Of a DNA stretch of 64,000 nucleotides, positions 1 through 11,717 are shown in pieces; the stretch's first letter is position 1, and each line of letters starts with the position of its first letter. The stretch comes from Desulfobacterales bacterium (GTDB lineage Bacteria > Desulfobacterota > Desulfobacteria > Desulfobacterales > UBA2245): NCBI GenBank assembly GCA_040771865.1, contig JAXGZF010000006.1, positions 248,001 through 312,000 of the forward strand, given 5' to 3'. A program made the translations under genes and the position numbers. The notes beneath the pieces are model-generated. The model was not told where the DNA came from and made no database searches. It worked only from the letters and a program-made list of their open reading frames with translations.

Positions 1-374
1 TCGACGCCATGATCAGTTCAACGGATCATGAATTCATGATCGTACCCATCGTGGCCTGGTGCAAACCCTGCCGGGAAGAGCTTCCCATTTTGAACAAGCT
101 TTACGAAAAGTACGGGAAAAAAGGTCTGAACATGATCGGCATCAGCCTCGATCTGGAAGGCCCCGAGATCATACAGCCCATCGTGGATAAGGCGGGCGTG
201 AAATTTCCGGTTTACTGGGTGGGCGAAAAGGCCGTGGATCAGTATGAGATTTTCGCGTTGCCCATGATCTTTCTAGTCAAGGAAGGCAAAATTGCCGAAC
301 GCATCGTCGGCCCCCGCTCCAGGGAGTTCCTGGACCAGAAGATCCGCGAGTTTTTTTATCCAGGCCCCCAATAA
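1..374 (+). CDS. TlpA/ResA-family thiol-disulfide oxidoreductase (probably 5'-truncated by the window edge)
   Basis: WCKPC redox motif followed by ELP; thioredoxin-fold C-terminus with cis-Pro loop (ALPMIFLV). Confidence 0.85.
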   Translation, partial: DAMISSTDHEFMIVPIVAWCKPCREELPILNKLYEKYGKKGLNMIGISLDLEGPEIIQPIVDKAGVKFPVYWVGEKAVDQYEIFALPMIFLVKEGKIAERIVGPRSREFLDQKIREFFYPGPQ

Positions 375-558
375 TCGCGTAAGAATTTTGCGGCGGGTCA
401 ATAAGCGCGGTTTCAATGGATAAAGTGCAATCGTCATCTATATAGAGTTGTGTTATTTCGTAGCAGCATTGAACCGGCGGCTTCGGCTCAGTAGCCGATT
501 TGAGTCATAATCCGTTCACAATGCCCGAAACGTTGAAAATGATATGATTACATAATCC

Positions 559-2067
559 ATGCATACTCTTGACCATATTCGTAAATCGTTCAACGGCGCA
601 ACAAGTAGAGCTGACCGCTCCGAGATTGGCCAGTTTCTGACGCCTGTTGCAATAGCCAGGTTCATGTCGTCTATGTTCGAAACCGGTCCTCAACGAGTGA
701 GGATTTTGGACCCAGGGGCGGGGACAGGAGTGCTTTTTGCAGCCTGTGTGGAAACCCTTATTTCAAAATGTGAACTTCCCCGATCAATAGAGGTTGTTGC
801 CTACGAAACAGACAGCGCCATTTTACCGTATCTTGAAGATACACTGAGAACCTGCCAGTCCCTTTGCACATCCAAGGGCATCGAATTTCACGGAACCATA
901 AAGGCCGAAAATTTTATCTCTGCCGCACTTAGCGAAGTGAATGGATCTCTATTTGTCGCGCCGGGCATACGATTCACACATGCAATTCTTAACCCTCCAT
1001 ACAAAAAGATTAACAGCCAGACTGCCGTGAGCAGGAAGCTCTATTTGTCGGGCATAGGGGTAGCAAACCTGTATGCGGTATTTGTCTGGCTGTCTATGTT
1101 TTTGCTGGAACAAGGCGGTCAGATGGTCGCGATAACGCCTCGCAGCTTCTGCAACGGCCCGTATTTTAAGAGGTTTCGCGCTGCCTTCTTGCGCATGATG
1201 AGCTTGAAACGGATTCACATCTTCGAATCCCGTAAGAAGGCGTTCGGAGACGACAACGTACTGCAAGAAAATATAATCTATCACGCTGCGCGTGGACTTC
1301 AGAAACCGGAGTCTGTATTTATCTCGGTCTCAGAGGGCCTCGACTTCGACAGGGTAGTTACCTCGGCAGTCCCGTACAGTCAAGTTGTCCATCCCCGTGA
1401 TCGGGATATGTTTATTCGTCTTGATATCAAAGAGGCTGATATTGTCCCCTCGGAACAAGTGAAAAACTTTACCTCATCTCTCAGCAAGCTGGGGCTGAAT
1501 GTTTCCACCGGGCGCGTTGTCGATTTTAGAGCGCGAGAACACCTCAAACAGTTTCCCCAGCAAGGCGACGTTCCCCTGATTTATCCGTGTCATTTCGTCA
1601 ATGGTTTCATCAACTGGCCCGCGGAATCCGGCAAGAAACCGAATGCCATCTCGTCAAATGCGGAGACTTCGAACCTTCTTGTTGAAGCCGGATTCTATGT
1701 TCTTACGAAAAGGTTTTCATCTAAGGAACAACAGAGACGCATCATGGCGGCAGTTTACGACTCTGTACGCATCAACGCGTCCTATGTGGGCTTTGAGAAC
1801 CACCTGAACTACTATCATCAAAACGGAAGAGGTCTGCCAGCCGATTTGGCAAAGGGGCTTGCCTTATACCTCAATTCCACAATGGTTGACCAGTATTTCC
1901 GACTTTTCAGCGGACACACACAGGTGAATGCGACCGATCTTCGAAAGTTGCCGTATCCCACCCAAGAACAACTCACGCGCCTTGGTGCGTCAATTGGCGA
2001 GACCATGCCCGATCAAGAAACCATAGATTCCATCATAGAAAAGGAGTGTTCGAACCTTGACAAATGA
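559..2067 (+). CDS. Type II N6-adenine DNA methyltransferase, BsuBI/PstI (Eco57I-domain) family
   Basis: GQFLTP, motif I DPGAGTG, motif IV NPPY, C-terminal FENHLNY/SGHTQVNATDLR; overlaps the endonuclease gene. Confidence 0.92.
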   Translation: MHTLDHIRKSFNGATSRADRSEIGQFLTPVAIARFMSSMFETGPQRVRILDPGAGTGVLFAACVETLISKCELPRSIEVVAYETDSAILPYLEDTLRTCQSLCTSKGIEFHGTIKAENFISAALSEVNGSLFVAPGIRFTHAILNPPYKKINSQTAVSRKLYLSGIGVANLYAVFVWLSMFLLEQGGQMVAITPRSFCNGPYFKRFRAAFLRMMSLKRIHIFESRKKAFGDDNVLQENIIYHAARGLQKPESVFISVSEGLDFDRVVTSAVPYSQVVHPRDRDMFIRLDIKEADIVPSEQVKNFTSSLSKLGLNVSTGRVVDFRAREHLKQFPQQGDVPLIYPCHFVNGFINWPAESGKKPNAISSNAETSNLLVEAGFYVLTKRFSSKEQQRRIMAAVYDSVRINASYVGFENHLNYYHQNGRGLPADLAKGLALYLNSTMVDQYFRLFSGHTQVNATDLRKLPYPTQEQLTRLGASIGETMPDQETIDSIIEKECSNLDK

Positions 2068-3025
2068 GATTAGCGGAAAAAAGGCGGAGAAAAAGATCAA
2101 GGAGGCTCTCACCATCCTGAACGATCTCGGCCTTCCAAGGCAGCAACAAAACGAGCGCTCTGCTTTGACCCTGCTCTCCCTGCTGGGTCTCAAGCCTGCA
2201 GACAAATGGAAAGACGCATCTGATCCACTTATGGGCATTACTCCTATGATGGATTTTTTTCAGGAGCACTATGGGAAAAAGTACGCTCCAAACACCCGTG
2301 AAACGGTACGCCGCCAAACAGTCCATCAGTTTCTGCAGGCAGCCTTAATCGTCGCCAATCCAGACAAGCCCTCAAGACCGACCAACAGTCCCAAGGCAGT
2401 GTATCAGATCGAACCGTCTGTCCTCAAGCTGCTCCGAGGTTTTGGAAAACCTGGATGGAAAAGCGAATTGCTTCGGTTCCTTCGGACCGTGGATACATTG
2501 AAGAAGCTGTATGCGCGTGAAAGAGAAATGAGACGACTGCCTGTCAATCTTGCAAACGGCCAAGAAATAAAGCTTTCACCAGGCGGCCAGAATGTTCTGG
2601 TGAAGAAAATCATGGATGATTTCTGCCCATTGTTCACACCGGGAAGTTATGTCATTTACGTTGGGGACACCCAGATGAAATGGGCCTATTTCGATTCAGA
2701 TGCTTTATCGCGGCTGGGGGTCAGAATAGAAGAACACGGAAAAATGCCGGATGTTGTCGTATATTACGCAGAAAGGAACTGGCTGGTTCTTATTGAGGCT
2801 GTAACGAGCCACGGACCTGTGAACCCTAAACGAAGGCAGGAATTGAAGGCGTTGTTTTCCGGATCAACTGCCGGTCTTGTTTTTGTGACCACGTTCCTTG
2901 ATCGAAAGGCTATGGTGAAGTACTTGAGTGACATCTCCTGGGAAACCGAAGTCTGGATCGCCGAGTCTCCCACGCACCTCATACACTTCAACGGTGAACG
3001 TTTTCTCGGGCCTTATGAAGACTGA
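2057..3025 (+). CDS. BsuBI/PstI-family type II restriction endonuclease
   Basis: YAPNTRETVRRQTVHQF, RPTNSPK, HGKMPDVV...IEAVTSHGP, ISWETEVW...HLIHFNG family signatures. Confidence 0.92.
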   Translation: MTNEISGKKAEKKIKEALTILNDLGLPRQQQNERSALTLLSLLGLKPADKWKDASDPLMGITPMMDFFQEHYGKKYAPNTRETVRRQTVHQFLQAALIVANPDKPSRPTNSPKAVYQIEPSVLKLLRGFGKPGWKSELLRFLRTVDTLKKLYAREREMRRLPVNLANGQEIKLSPGGQNVLVKKIMDDFCPLFTPGSYVIYVGDTQMKWAYFDSDALSRLGVRIEEHGKMPDVVVYYAERNWLVLIEAVTSHGPVNPKRRQELKALFSGSTAGLVFVTTFLDRKAMVKYLSDISWETEVWIAESPTHLIHFNGERFLGPYED

Positions 3026-3027
3026 AT

Positions 3028-3095
3028 GACCAACGAGTGGTTCCAACGGAGCGTCGCGGAAAGGCGTTCGCCTCCCGGTGTACTTCATGTTATTT
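3028..3095 (+). other. Degenerate attC-like integron cassette recombination site
   Basis: GACCAAC-N5-GTTCCAAC...hairpin...GGTGTAC-N5-GTTATTT, starting 2 bp after the endonuclease stop. Confidence 0.45.
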
Positions 3096-3190
3096 CTCTG
3101 AGCAAAGCTCGGCGTATCTTACAGTATGGAGAACGTTGTCACATCTTGAAAAGTGAATAAAGGGTTTACCCATCCAAGAATTCCATGCAA

Positions 3191-3330
3191 TTTTAAAGGC
3201 ATGGGCGGAGCATGGCGAATAGAATATGCAGGCGGTCTGTATCGCACGTTGTCCCGTGGAAATGAAAGAAACGATATTTTCCGCGACGACCACGAGCGAC
3301 AGGCGTTTTTGGATGTGAACGGTGAAATGG
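3191..3330 (+). pseudogene. 5' remnant of REP-associated tyrosine (Y1, IS200-like) transposase, copy 1
   Basis: MGGAWRIEYAGGLYRTLSRGNERNDIFRDD matches the RAYT N-terminus (R-x-E-Y-x-G-x-x-Y-H-V-x-S-R-G-N); truncated before the HUH motif. Confidence 0.75.
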
Positions 3331-3383
3331 CCTCATTTGCATTCGAAGCCGGATGCGTCGATGATTTCAGGAATGCGGAGTAA

Positions 3384-3522
3384 GAAAACGACCGGGAATA
3401 CGCGCCGGAAGCCGCCAGAGTGAAAGGGCTGCTGACCCGGCATGGCGCTGTGTCAGAGGCGGATCTCCTTGTTCTGGCCTGCGGGACGGGAGGGCATATC
3501 CTTTACTTCAGGGACGATTACA
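3384..3522 (+). pseudogene. N-terminal fragment of class I SAM-dependent methyltransferase
   Basis: Manual translation ENDREYAPEAARVKGLLTRHG...DLLVLACGTGGHILYFRDDY includes SAM motif I; no start codon. Confidence 0.65.
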
Positions 3523-3548
3523 CTAAACGCCCTGGAATCGTTAAGCCC

Positions 3549-3592
3549 AAAATGATTATTGTCAAAAGACAACGTCGTCCATTATCATAATG
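3549..3592 (+). promoter_or_regulatory. Candidate Fur/PerR-type operator upstream of katG
   Basis: AATGATTATTGTCAA and the palindrome CATTAT-C-ATAATG (3580-3592). Confidence 0.3.
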
Positions 3593-3622
3593 CATAAGCC
3601 TTGCGCGGAAGCGAGTACAAAC

Positions 3623-3698
3623 GAGGAACCGGATGCGGGAAAACCGAACGTCCGGGTCTGTGCGGTGGATGTTGGGGAAACGGCGTTCCTACCGCGAG
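3623..3698 (+). ncRNA. Group II intron 3' remnant (domains V and VI)
   Basis: GAGGAACCGGATGCGGGAAAACCGAACGTCCGGGTCTGTGCGG (DV hairpin) followed by ...GGCGTTCCTACCGCGA (DVI); no RT ORF. Confidence 0.8.
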
Positions 3699-3720
3699 AG
3701 CTGTACAAACGTAAACCTGA

Positions 3721-5925
<2,205 letters not shown>

Positions 5926-5966
5926 TCGCAGTATAAATGTCTTCGAGAGTTTTCTGACAGGACGGC

Positions 5967-6230
5967 TGTCAATGGGAATGAAAAGCGTACCAGTTATGGG
6001 AAAATAAGAATGTACCATCGCGCTGTTTAGTTCTTTACCACCTCGGCATGAGCCGTCGGAGCCGGTTGATGGCCAAACTCGTTCTTTGAAAACCCGTGCT
6101 TCCTGAGCCTATAGCTGTGCCCTTTGATGTTGACCGCCCGGCAATGATGCAGCATCCTGTCGAGGATAGCTGTGGCGATGACCTGGTCGCCGAACAGCTC
6201 TTGCCAATCACCAAAGTTCTTGTTGGAGCG
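5967..6230 (-). mobile_element. istB: IS21-family remnant: right end plus istB C-terminal fragment
   Basis: SNKNFGDWQELFGDQVIATAILDRMLHH...IKGHSYR; terminus TGTCAATGGG at 5967 with tandem ATGGGAA..GTACCA subterminal repeats. Confidence 0.85.
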
Positions 6231-6290
6231 GAATCTTTCAATCCTGCCAAAGTGATCGCAGTTCATGAAGCCTCCTTGTAGCGCGTTTAA

Positions 6291-6433
6291 CAGGCTGTTG
6301 AAAAACCGCGTCTGAGGCCGCCATTCAGCGTTGCGCGGCTCTCGCCAATGCTCACATATGCTTAAATATGCTGCGCTTGTCGCATCGCCGCACGCCTTGT
6401 CTGACGGCCTGATTCTTGTTTTTCAACACCCTG
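6291..6433. mobile_element. 143-bp MITE, copy 1
   Basis: Terminal inverted repeats CAGGCTGTTGAAAAAC / GTTTTTCAACACCCTG with TTAA on both sides; near-identical to 47057 and 53588. Confidence 0.9.
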
Positions 6434-6777
6434 TTAAGGTTTTTATATAGGTGATAATAAATTTTAATTCCGTCATCCTTAGCGCTTTAACTTATTGCTA
6501 TGTTTATATATAATGAATGTTAACATGTTGATCAATTCTCCAGCTGGGTCGAAAAATTCACCGAAACTCCCTAAAAAAGCGGAAATTACCCAGGTTCCCT
6601 GCAGCGGGAATTCAGAATGATCACCTTTCTCGAGTCGGTATCGCTTCGAATCAGCCAGCCGATGACCCGTGTGAGACTGATTTTCGTTTACATGTTCCTG
6701 ATACCGGTTTGTTTCAGCCTGCAGCCAATTATGGCGTCACATCCTGAATCGTGAATGACCGGTTGAACCGTATCAGG

Positions 6778-6870
6778 TTTTAAAGGCATGGGCAGAGCAT
6801 GGTGAATAGAATATGAAGGCGGTCTTTATCACGTCCTGTCTCGTGGAAATGAAAGAAATGATATTTCCGC
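6778..6870 (+). pseudogene. 5' remnant of RAYT/Y1 transposase, copy 2 (in-frame TGA)
   Basis: MGRAW*IEYEGGLYHVLSRGNERND; direct repeat of 3191-3284. Confidence 0.75.
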
Positions 6871-6874
6871 AGAA

Positions 6875-7211
6875 CCTGAGAGCGGGTCGAATTGGATAGT
6901 ATCCGCAAAGGAGCACGGTGGAGGATTTCCAGGATCTGATCGTGGTCGATGCCTCCGACAAACCGGATTTGAAAATCGCCCGCATGGAACAGGTTCGCCT
7001 CAAGAAACCCAAAATTGTGGAAGTGACGTTTCACCATCTTATCGGGAAAAACAATGAGGTGGCCTACCATAAACAATCCATGGAAATCGGCCTTTTTTCG
7101 CGGGAAGAGTATGTATCCGCCATGACCGATGCCGGATTGGAAGTTGTGGAAGAATACACGGGAACCGATGTGCGCGGCGGCGCGTATATCGGCAAACGGG
7201 TTGCAGGGTAG
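6875..7211 (+). pseudogene. C-terminal fragment of class I SAM methyltransferase (TylM1/DesVI-like)
   Basis: ...FHHLIG...EIGLFSREEYVSAMTDAGLEV...RGGAYIGKR; lacks the SAM-binding N-terminus. Confidence 0.6.
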
Positions 7212-7408
7212 ATTTGCATAGGCCTTTTCGCCATGACCTGTTCGGCGGCAAGCCGCATTCCCGGCTCCATGCGAGTCAGAACGTCAAAAGAGCCTGATTT
7301 GCAGGGGAAATACAATCAAATTCATTTGCTATGCATAATTTGGCAAGGCGCTCGTCCGGCGCAAAAAAGCCGTTCGATGAATCAGCAGCGTTATGTGAAA
7401 GGAATATT

Positions 7409-8011
7409 ATGAAAAAATTCATTTTACTTATGCCTTTATATTTTATTTTGGCCGGATGCCTCAGCTGTCAGGAATATTCTTTTGAATTTAATTACGATAC
7501 CGGCAAAGTGGAAAAAACCTATCACGGACTGCGCTCACAAAAAAGTTCTGAGGACGAAAATTATAGTATCGAAGAGGACTGGAACACATTAAAAAAAATC
7601 TCAGCGGAAGAATTTGGGAAAGACCTTGATGCAGACGTCATAAAACCTGTTGAAGCCAAACTTTTTCAGGAAGATGAGGCATTGTCCGGAAAGGAGATAC
7701 TTCAAGTACAGCTGCCCAAAGCATTCCCGTCAAAAACAGCAATACTCGAAAGACTCCATAATGAAGGAGATTCAATTGCGGATCTAAAGTTTCAGATATT
7801 AAACGGAGAGATACTTTTATTTACCCATGCCAATAAGATCAAATCCGCCAATGGAAAAATAATAAGAACCGATAAGAATAATATAGTCGTCTGGCCAGAA
7901 GAACAGATTGAATTTAGATTTACTATCTATAGCAATAATCAGGGGGGAAAGTCTCTATTGCCTTTCTATCTCGAAGAAAAGAAGTTGGAAGAAAAAAATA
8001 AAAGCACATAA
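7409..8011 (+). CDS. Hypothetical lipoprotein, AT-rich, gene-cassette-like
   Basis: MKKFILLMPLYFILAGC lipobox; AAAGGA RBS. Confidence 0.75.
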   Translation: MKKFILLMPLYFILAGCLSCQEYSFEFNYDTGKVEKTYHGLRSQKSSEDENYSIEEDWNTLKKISAEEFGKDLDADVIKPVEAKLFQEDEALSGKEILQVQLPKAFPSKTAILERLHNEGDSIADLKFQILNGEILLFTHANKIKSANGKIIRTDKNNIVVWPEEQIEFRFTIYSNNQGGKSLLPFYLEEKKLEEKNKST

Positions 8012-8082
8012 TAATTCGTTTCTGCAGACGCTGTTTCGCAGCCTGATGATTTTGTTCTCAGTATTCGGAGGTAAACGCGGAG

Positions 8083-8595
8083 ATGAAAACATTATCGACT
8101 GTGTTGATTCTGTTCATAATGGGGTGTGCCGGAATACCGGAGAACGTAAGACCCGTTGATAATTTCAAATTGGAGAAATATCTGGGGAAGTGGTACGAAA
8201 TCGCGAGGCTGGATCATTCATTTGAACGGGGTTTGACCCGGGTTACGGCGGATTACAGTTTGCGGGATGACGACGGCGTCAGCGTGTTGAACCGCGGGTA
8301 TTCCGCTAGGGAAAATTCATGGAAAGAAGCCGAAGGAAAGGCTTATTTTGTCAAAGGATCGGACCTGGGTTACCTGAAAGTTTCTTTCTTTGGCCCTTTT
8401 TACGGTTCTTATATCGTGTTCGAACTTGACCATGAGCATTATCAATATGCACTCGTATGCGGTCCCAACAAATCTTATCTGTGGATTCTGGCCAGGGAAC
8501 CCGGAATCCAGGAAAATATAAAAGATATGCTCATTGCAAAAGCGGCAGCATCGGGTTTTGATACGGACAGATTGATATTTGTCGATCACGACTGA
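8083..8595 (+). CDS. blc: Outer membrane lipocalin
   Basis: Lipobox IMGC, YLGKWYEIAR, LKVSFFGPFY, YLWILAR. Confidence 0.95.
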   Translation: MKTLSTVLILFIMGCAGIPENVRPVDNFKLEKYLGKWYEIARLDHSFERGLTRVTADYSLRDDDGVSVLNRGYSARENSWKEAEGKAYFVKGSDLGYLKVSFFGPFYGSYIVFELDHEHYQYALVCGPNKSYLWILAREPGIQENIKDMLIAKAAASGFDTDRLIFVDHD

Positions 8596-8838
8596 CCAAA
8601 CGGGAATTTACACGAAGAAAAACCTTCTGGATTCTGGTTCGCGCGAAAAAGTTGTTTCTGCGGGAAATCGGCAGCGTGCAGAATTTTTCACGCCTTTGAT
8701 TTTGGCGTTTTCCCCCGAACCGGGGAGTGGGCAACCGCATCCACTCGGACCGGCAATTCCGCTCTTGTGAACGATGATATCCTGGATTTCAAATAACGGA
8801 ATTTGTGGTACAAGTGTAATCAGGAGCGTAAATGGCTT

Positions 8839-10164
8839 ATGGACGCTTATAATGTGCTGATTATCGGTTCCGGCCCCGCCGGTCTGTTTGCCGCTTTGCA
8901 GCTTGAGCGCCTGGGCGTGGACCGAATCGGCATCATCGACCGGTACCCGTATCCCGCCGGAGGATTGCTCAACGACGGCAAGCTGAATTTCGACTATCGA
9001 GTGGGAATCGATCTGGATGAACTCAAGCTGGATCGGAATTCGGCGCAACGTTTGATGGAAGAAATCAAACAGGTTTTCGCTCATTTTCCCAGGTGCCGAC
9101 AGGTAACCTTTGTCGATCGGAATGAAAAAATCAAGGCGCTCGAAAGCATTGCCGAAGAGCACGGCGCTCAATTCATCGCGCCGGAGCAGTGGCACTGGGG
9201 AACGGACAATGGCAAGGCCGTGGTGGATTATTTAAAAAATCTTCTGAAGAAAACGGAATTTCTGCTGGGAACCGCGGCAACCTCCATTGTGCGGCAAAAT
9301 GACGACACCTATCATGTTCTATGCAGCCGTCAGCGAAAAAAAGTCTGCCATGCCGCGAAGGTTGTTCTGGCCGCTCCGGGGCGCAGCGGCGCTTACTGGT
9401 TTCGCGATGTGGCCGAAAAATTGCGTATCCGTCATAATTTTGGTCCCATCGATGTGGGAATCCGCGTTGAACTGAGCAGGAAATTTTATGATGAGGTCAC
9501 CGATATCGTATACGATCCGAAATTCATTTTCCGCACGACGCGCCACGGAGACAGGGTCAGGACCTTCTGTACCAACCCGGGCGGACGGGTGCGGTCCGAA
9601 AACTACAACAACTTCAAACTGGTGAACGGCGACGCGCTTGCCGGACGGAAAACGGAAAACACGAATTTTGCCCTGATCAATACGGTCTCTTTGACTGCGC
9701 CCTATTCCGATACGACCGAATTCGGACACATGATCGCCCGGCAGTTCTTCCTGCTGGGGGGAGGGAGGCCGATTGTCCAGCGGGTCGGAGACTTCAGGGA
9801 AGGGAGAAGAAGCTCCATTTCGACCTTCAACAGCAAAACGCGTCATTTCGGGCTGTGCAGGGCGACTTATAACGCCACGCCGGGCGACATCACGCTGGGT
9901 TTGCCCGCCCGCATCATCGACAATCTCTGGGAGTCCTTAAAAAAGATGGATAAGATCGTGCCCGGAACCCTTCACCCGTCCACCCTGATGTATGCGCCGG
10001 AAATCAAGTTTTTCGATACGCACTTTATAACGGATGAAAATCTTGAAACGAATGCCAAGGGCATCTTTGTGGCGGGAGACGGTACCGGAAAGAGCCGCGG
10101 CATTGTTGGCGCCGGAATCTCAGGGATCATTGCGGCCACTGGAATTTCCAGGAAATACTTTTGA
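8839..10164 (+). CDS. FAD-dependent oxidoreductase (COG2509-like)
   Basis: GSGPAG dinucleotide fold, DGKL, RTFCTNPGG, YAPEIKF, AGDGTG. Confidence 0.85.
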   Translation: MDAYNVLIIGSGPAGLFAALQLERLGVDRIGIIDRYPYPAGGLLNDGKLNFDYRVGIDLDELKLDRNSAQRLMEEIKQVFAHFPRCRQVTFVDRNEKIKALESIAEEHGAQFIAPEQWHWGTDNGKAVVDYLKNLLKKTEFLLGTAATSIVRQNDDTYHVLCSRQRKKVCHAAKVVLAAPGRSGAYWFRDVAEKLRIRHNFGPIDVGIRVELSRKFYDEVTDIVYDPKFIFRTTRHGDRVRTFCTNPGGRVRSENYNNFKLVNGDALAGRKTENTNFALINTVSLTAPYSDTTEFGHMIARQFFLLGGGRPIVQRVGDFREGRRSSISTFNSKTRHFGLCRATYNATPGDITLGLPARIIDNLWESLKKMDKIVPGTLHPSTLMYAPEIKFFDTHFITDENLETNAKGIFVAGDGTGKSRGIVGAGISGIIAATGISRKYF

Positions 10165-10198
10165 TTTCTGCGCCCCGTTTTCAGCCATGTTCTTCAAT

Positions 10199-10232
10199 AA
10201 AAAAAGGGGCGCCTGAACGGCCAACCCCTTTT
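10199..10232. terminator. Bidirectional intrinsic terminator
   Basis: AAAAGGGG...CCCCTTTT between the convergent oxidoreductase and tRNA genes. Confidence 0.65.
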
Positions 10233-10240
10233 CATTTTCC

Positions 10241-10316
10241 TGGTGGAGCTGAGGGGGATCGAACCCCTGGCCTCATGACTGCCAGTCATGCGCTCTCCCA
10301 GCTGAGCTACAGCCCC
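10241..10316 (-). tRNA. tRNA-Ala(GGC)
   Basis: Reverse complement GGGGCTGTAGCTCAGCTGGGAGAGCGCATGACTGGCAGTCATGAGGCCAGGGGTTCGATCCCCCTCAGCTCCACCA; 76 nt with encoded CCA. Confidence 0.98.
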
Positions 10317-10470
10317 AAAACTGTGTGTTCCTTTAACCAAAGCGCATTTAAATGTCAATACCTTTTTCGGTCTTGGATTACAGTGAAAAAGCGGATACCG
10401 GAGATCTCCGACTCACTGATTCTGGTTTATCAAACCCTGTCAGGGGTCTTGAAAAATTCAAGAGCGGGGG

Positions 10471-11658
10471 TCAACTCGCGTAAACTTGCAGGCCTTTCAA
10501 ATACCGGGCTTCGGGAAAATTCAGGGCAACGGAATGATCGGGGGCCTGATTCAGGTCGGCGATGATAACAGCTTTCCGGCCGGCATCCAGAGCCGCATCG
10601 GCGACGATTTTCTGAAAAAGTTCGGCGGTTACAGCACCGGAGCAGGAAAAGGTGAACAGCATTCCGCCCGGGCGAAGAATCTGAAAAGCCAGATAGTTGA
10701 TATCCTTATACCCCCTCGCCGCACGCATCAGCTGGGCGCGGGAGTCGGCGAACTTGGGAGGATCCAGAATCACCAGATCGAACCGGCGGTTATGGTCTCG
10801 AAAATTCCGCAAAACTTCGAAAACATCCCCGTTTATGTGCTCAATTCCGGCCTTGCCCGGCGCGTTTATTTCGAAGTTTTTCCGGGAGATTTCCAGTGCC
10901 GATTCGGACGCATCAATGTTGATCAGATGGTGTGCGCCGGCCGAAACAGCCCGGACACCGAATCCGCCGGTATATGAAAAGCAGTTGAGAACCTCGGCAT
11001 TCCGGCTGAACTGCGCCACGAGCCGGCGGTTTTCCCGCTGGTCCAGATAAAAACCGGTCTTATGCCCTGTACGAACATCCACCAGAAAACGGGTGCCTTC
11101 CTCGATTATTTCCACAAACTCCGGGGGCTCTTGCCCGAACAGAATTCCCTTTTGAAGGGGAAGGCCTTCTTTTTTCCGCACCGGAACATCCGAACGCTCG
11201 TAAATCCCACGGCATCCGGTCAGCTGAGCCAGAGCCTCGACGATCGCCGGTTTCCACAATTCAACCCCGGTTGAAAGAAACTGGCAGACCAGAAATTCGC
11301 CATAACGATCCACAATCAGGCCCGGAAGCGCGTCAGATTCGGCGTTGACCAGCCTCACTCCGGCGGGTTCCGGCTGATCGAGGATCGACTTTCGCATGCA
11401 AAGAGCGCTTCTGAGGCGGTCCTTGAAAAAATCGAATGAGATGCGTTCCGCCTGCTCAAACGACCAGATGCGCACGGCGATCTGAGATTGCGGAGAATAC
11501 GCTCCGCGTGCCAGCCAGACGCCGTCGGCCGAGACAATTTCCACGGTTTCGCCTGGGCCGGCCGTTTCTTTTATCCGCGCAACCGCTCCGGAAAAAACCC
11601 AGGGATGGCGACGATGCAGGGATTTTTCCCTGCCCTGTTTTAAAAAGATTGTGGTCAT
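10471..11658 (-). CDS. rlmI: 23S rRNA m5C1962 methyltransferase
   Basis: PUA N-terminus RRHPWVF, GHKTGFYLDQR, DPPKF, TFSCS. Confidence 0.93.
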   Translation of the reverse strand: MTTIFLKQGREKSLHRRHPWVFSGAVARIKETAGPGETVEIVSADGVWLARGAYSPQSQIAVRIWSFEQAERISFDFFKDRLRSALCMRKSILDQPEPAGVRLVNAESDALPGLIVDRYGEFLVCQFLSTGVELWKPAIVEALAQLTGCRGIYERSDVPVRKKEGLPLQKGILFGQEPPEFVEIIEEGTRFLVDVRTGHKTGFYLDQRENRRLVAQFSRNAEVLNCFSYTGGFGVRAVSAGAHHLINIDASESALEISRKNFEINAPGKAGIEHINGDVFEVLRNFRDHNRRFDLVILDPPKFADSRAQLMRAARGYKDINYLAFQILRPGGMLFTFSCSGAVTAELFQKIVADAALDAGRKAVIIADLNQAPDHSVALNFPEARYLKGLQVYAS

Positions 11659-11717
11659 CGATTACCAGAAATTTAAAGGATCATGTCTGAGGCAACGGGG
11701 AAATGCCCATCATAATT

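Noticed and set aside
3540..3546. GTTAAGC as an attC core site making katG a cassette
   Set aside because: No matching inverse core site after katG
10241..10316. tRNA-Ala as the integration site of the left-hand island
   Set aside because: No duplicated tRNA 3' end or integrase was seen, and a core-type oxidoreductase lies adjacent
10161..10565. 134-aa ORF across the tRNA
   Set aside because: Overlaps tRNA-Ala and a terminator; spurious
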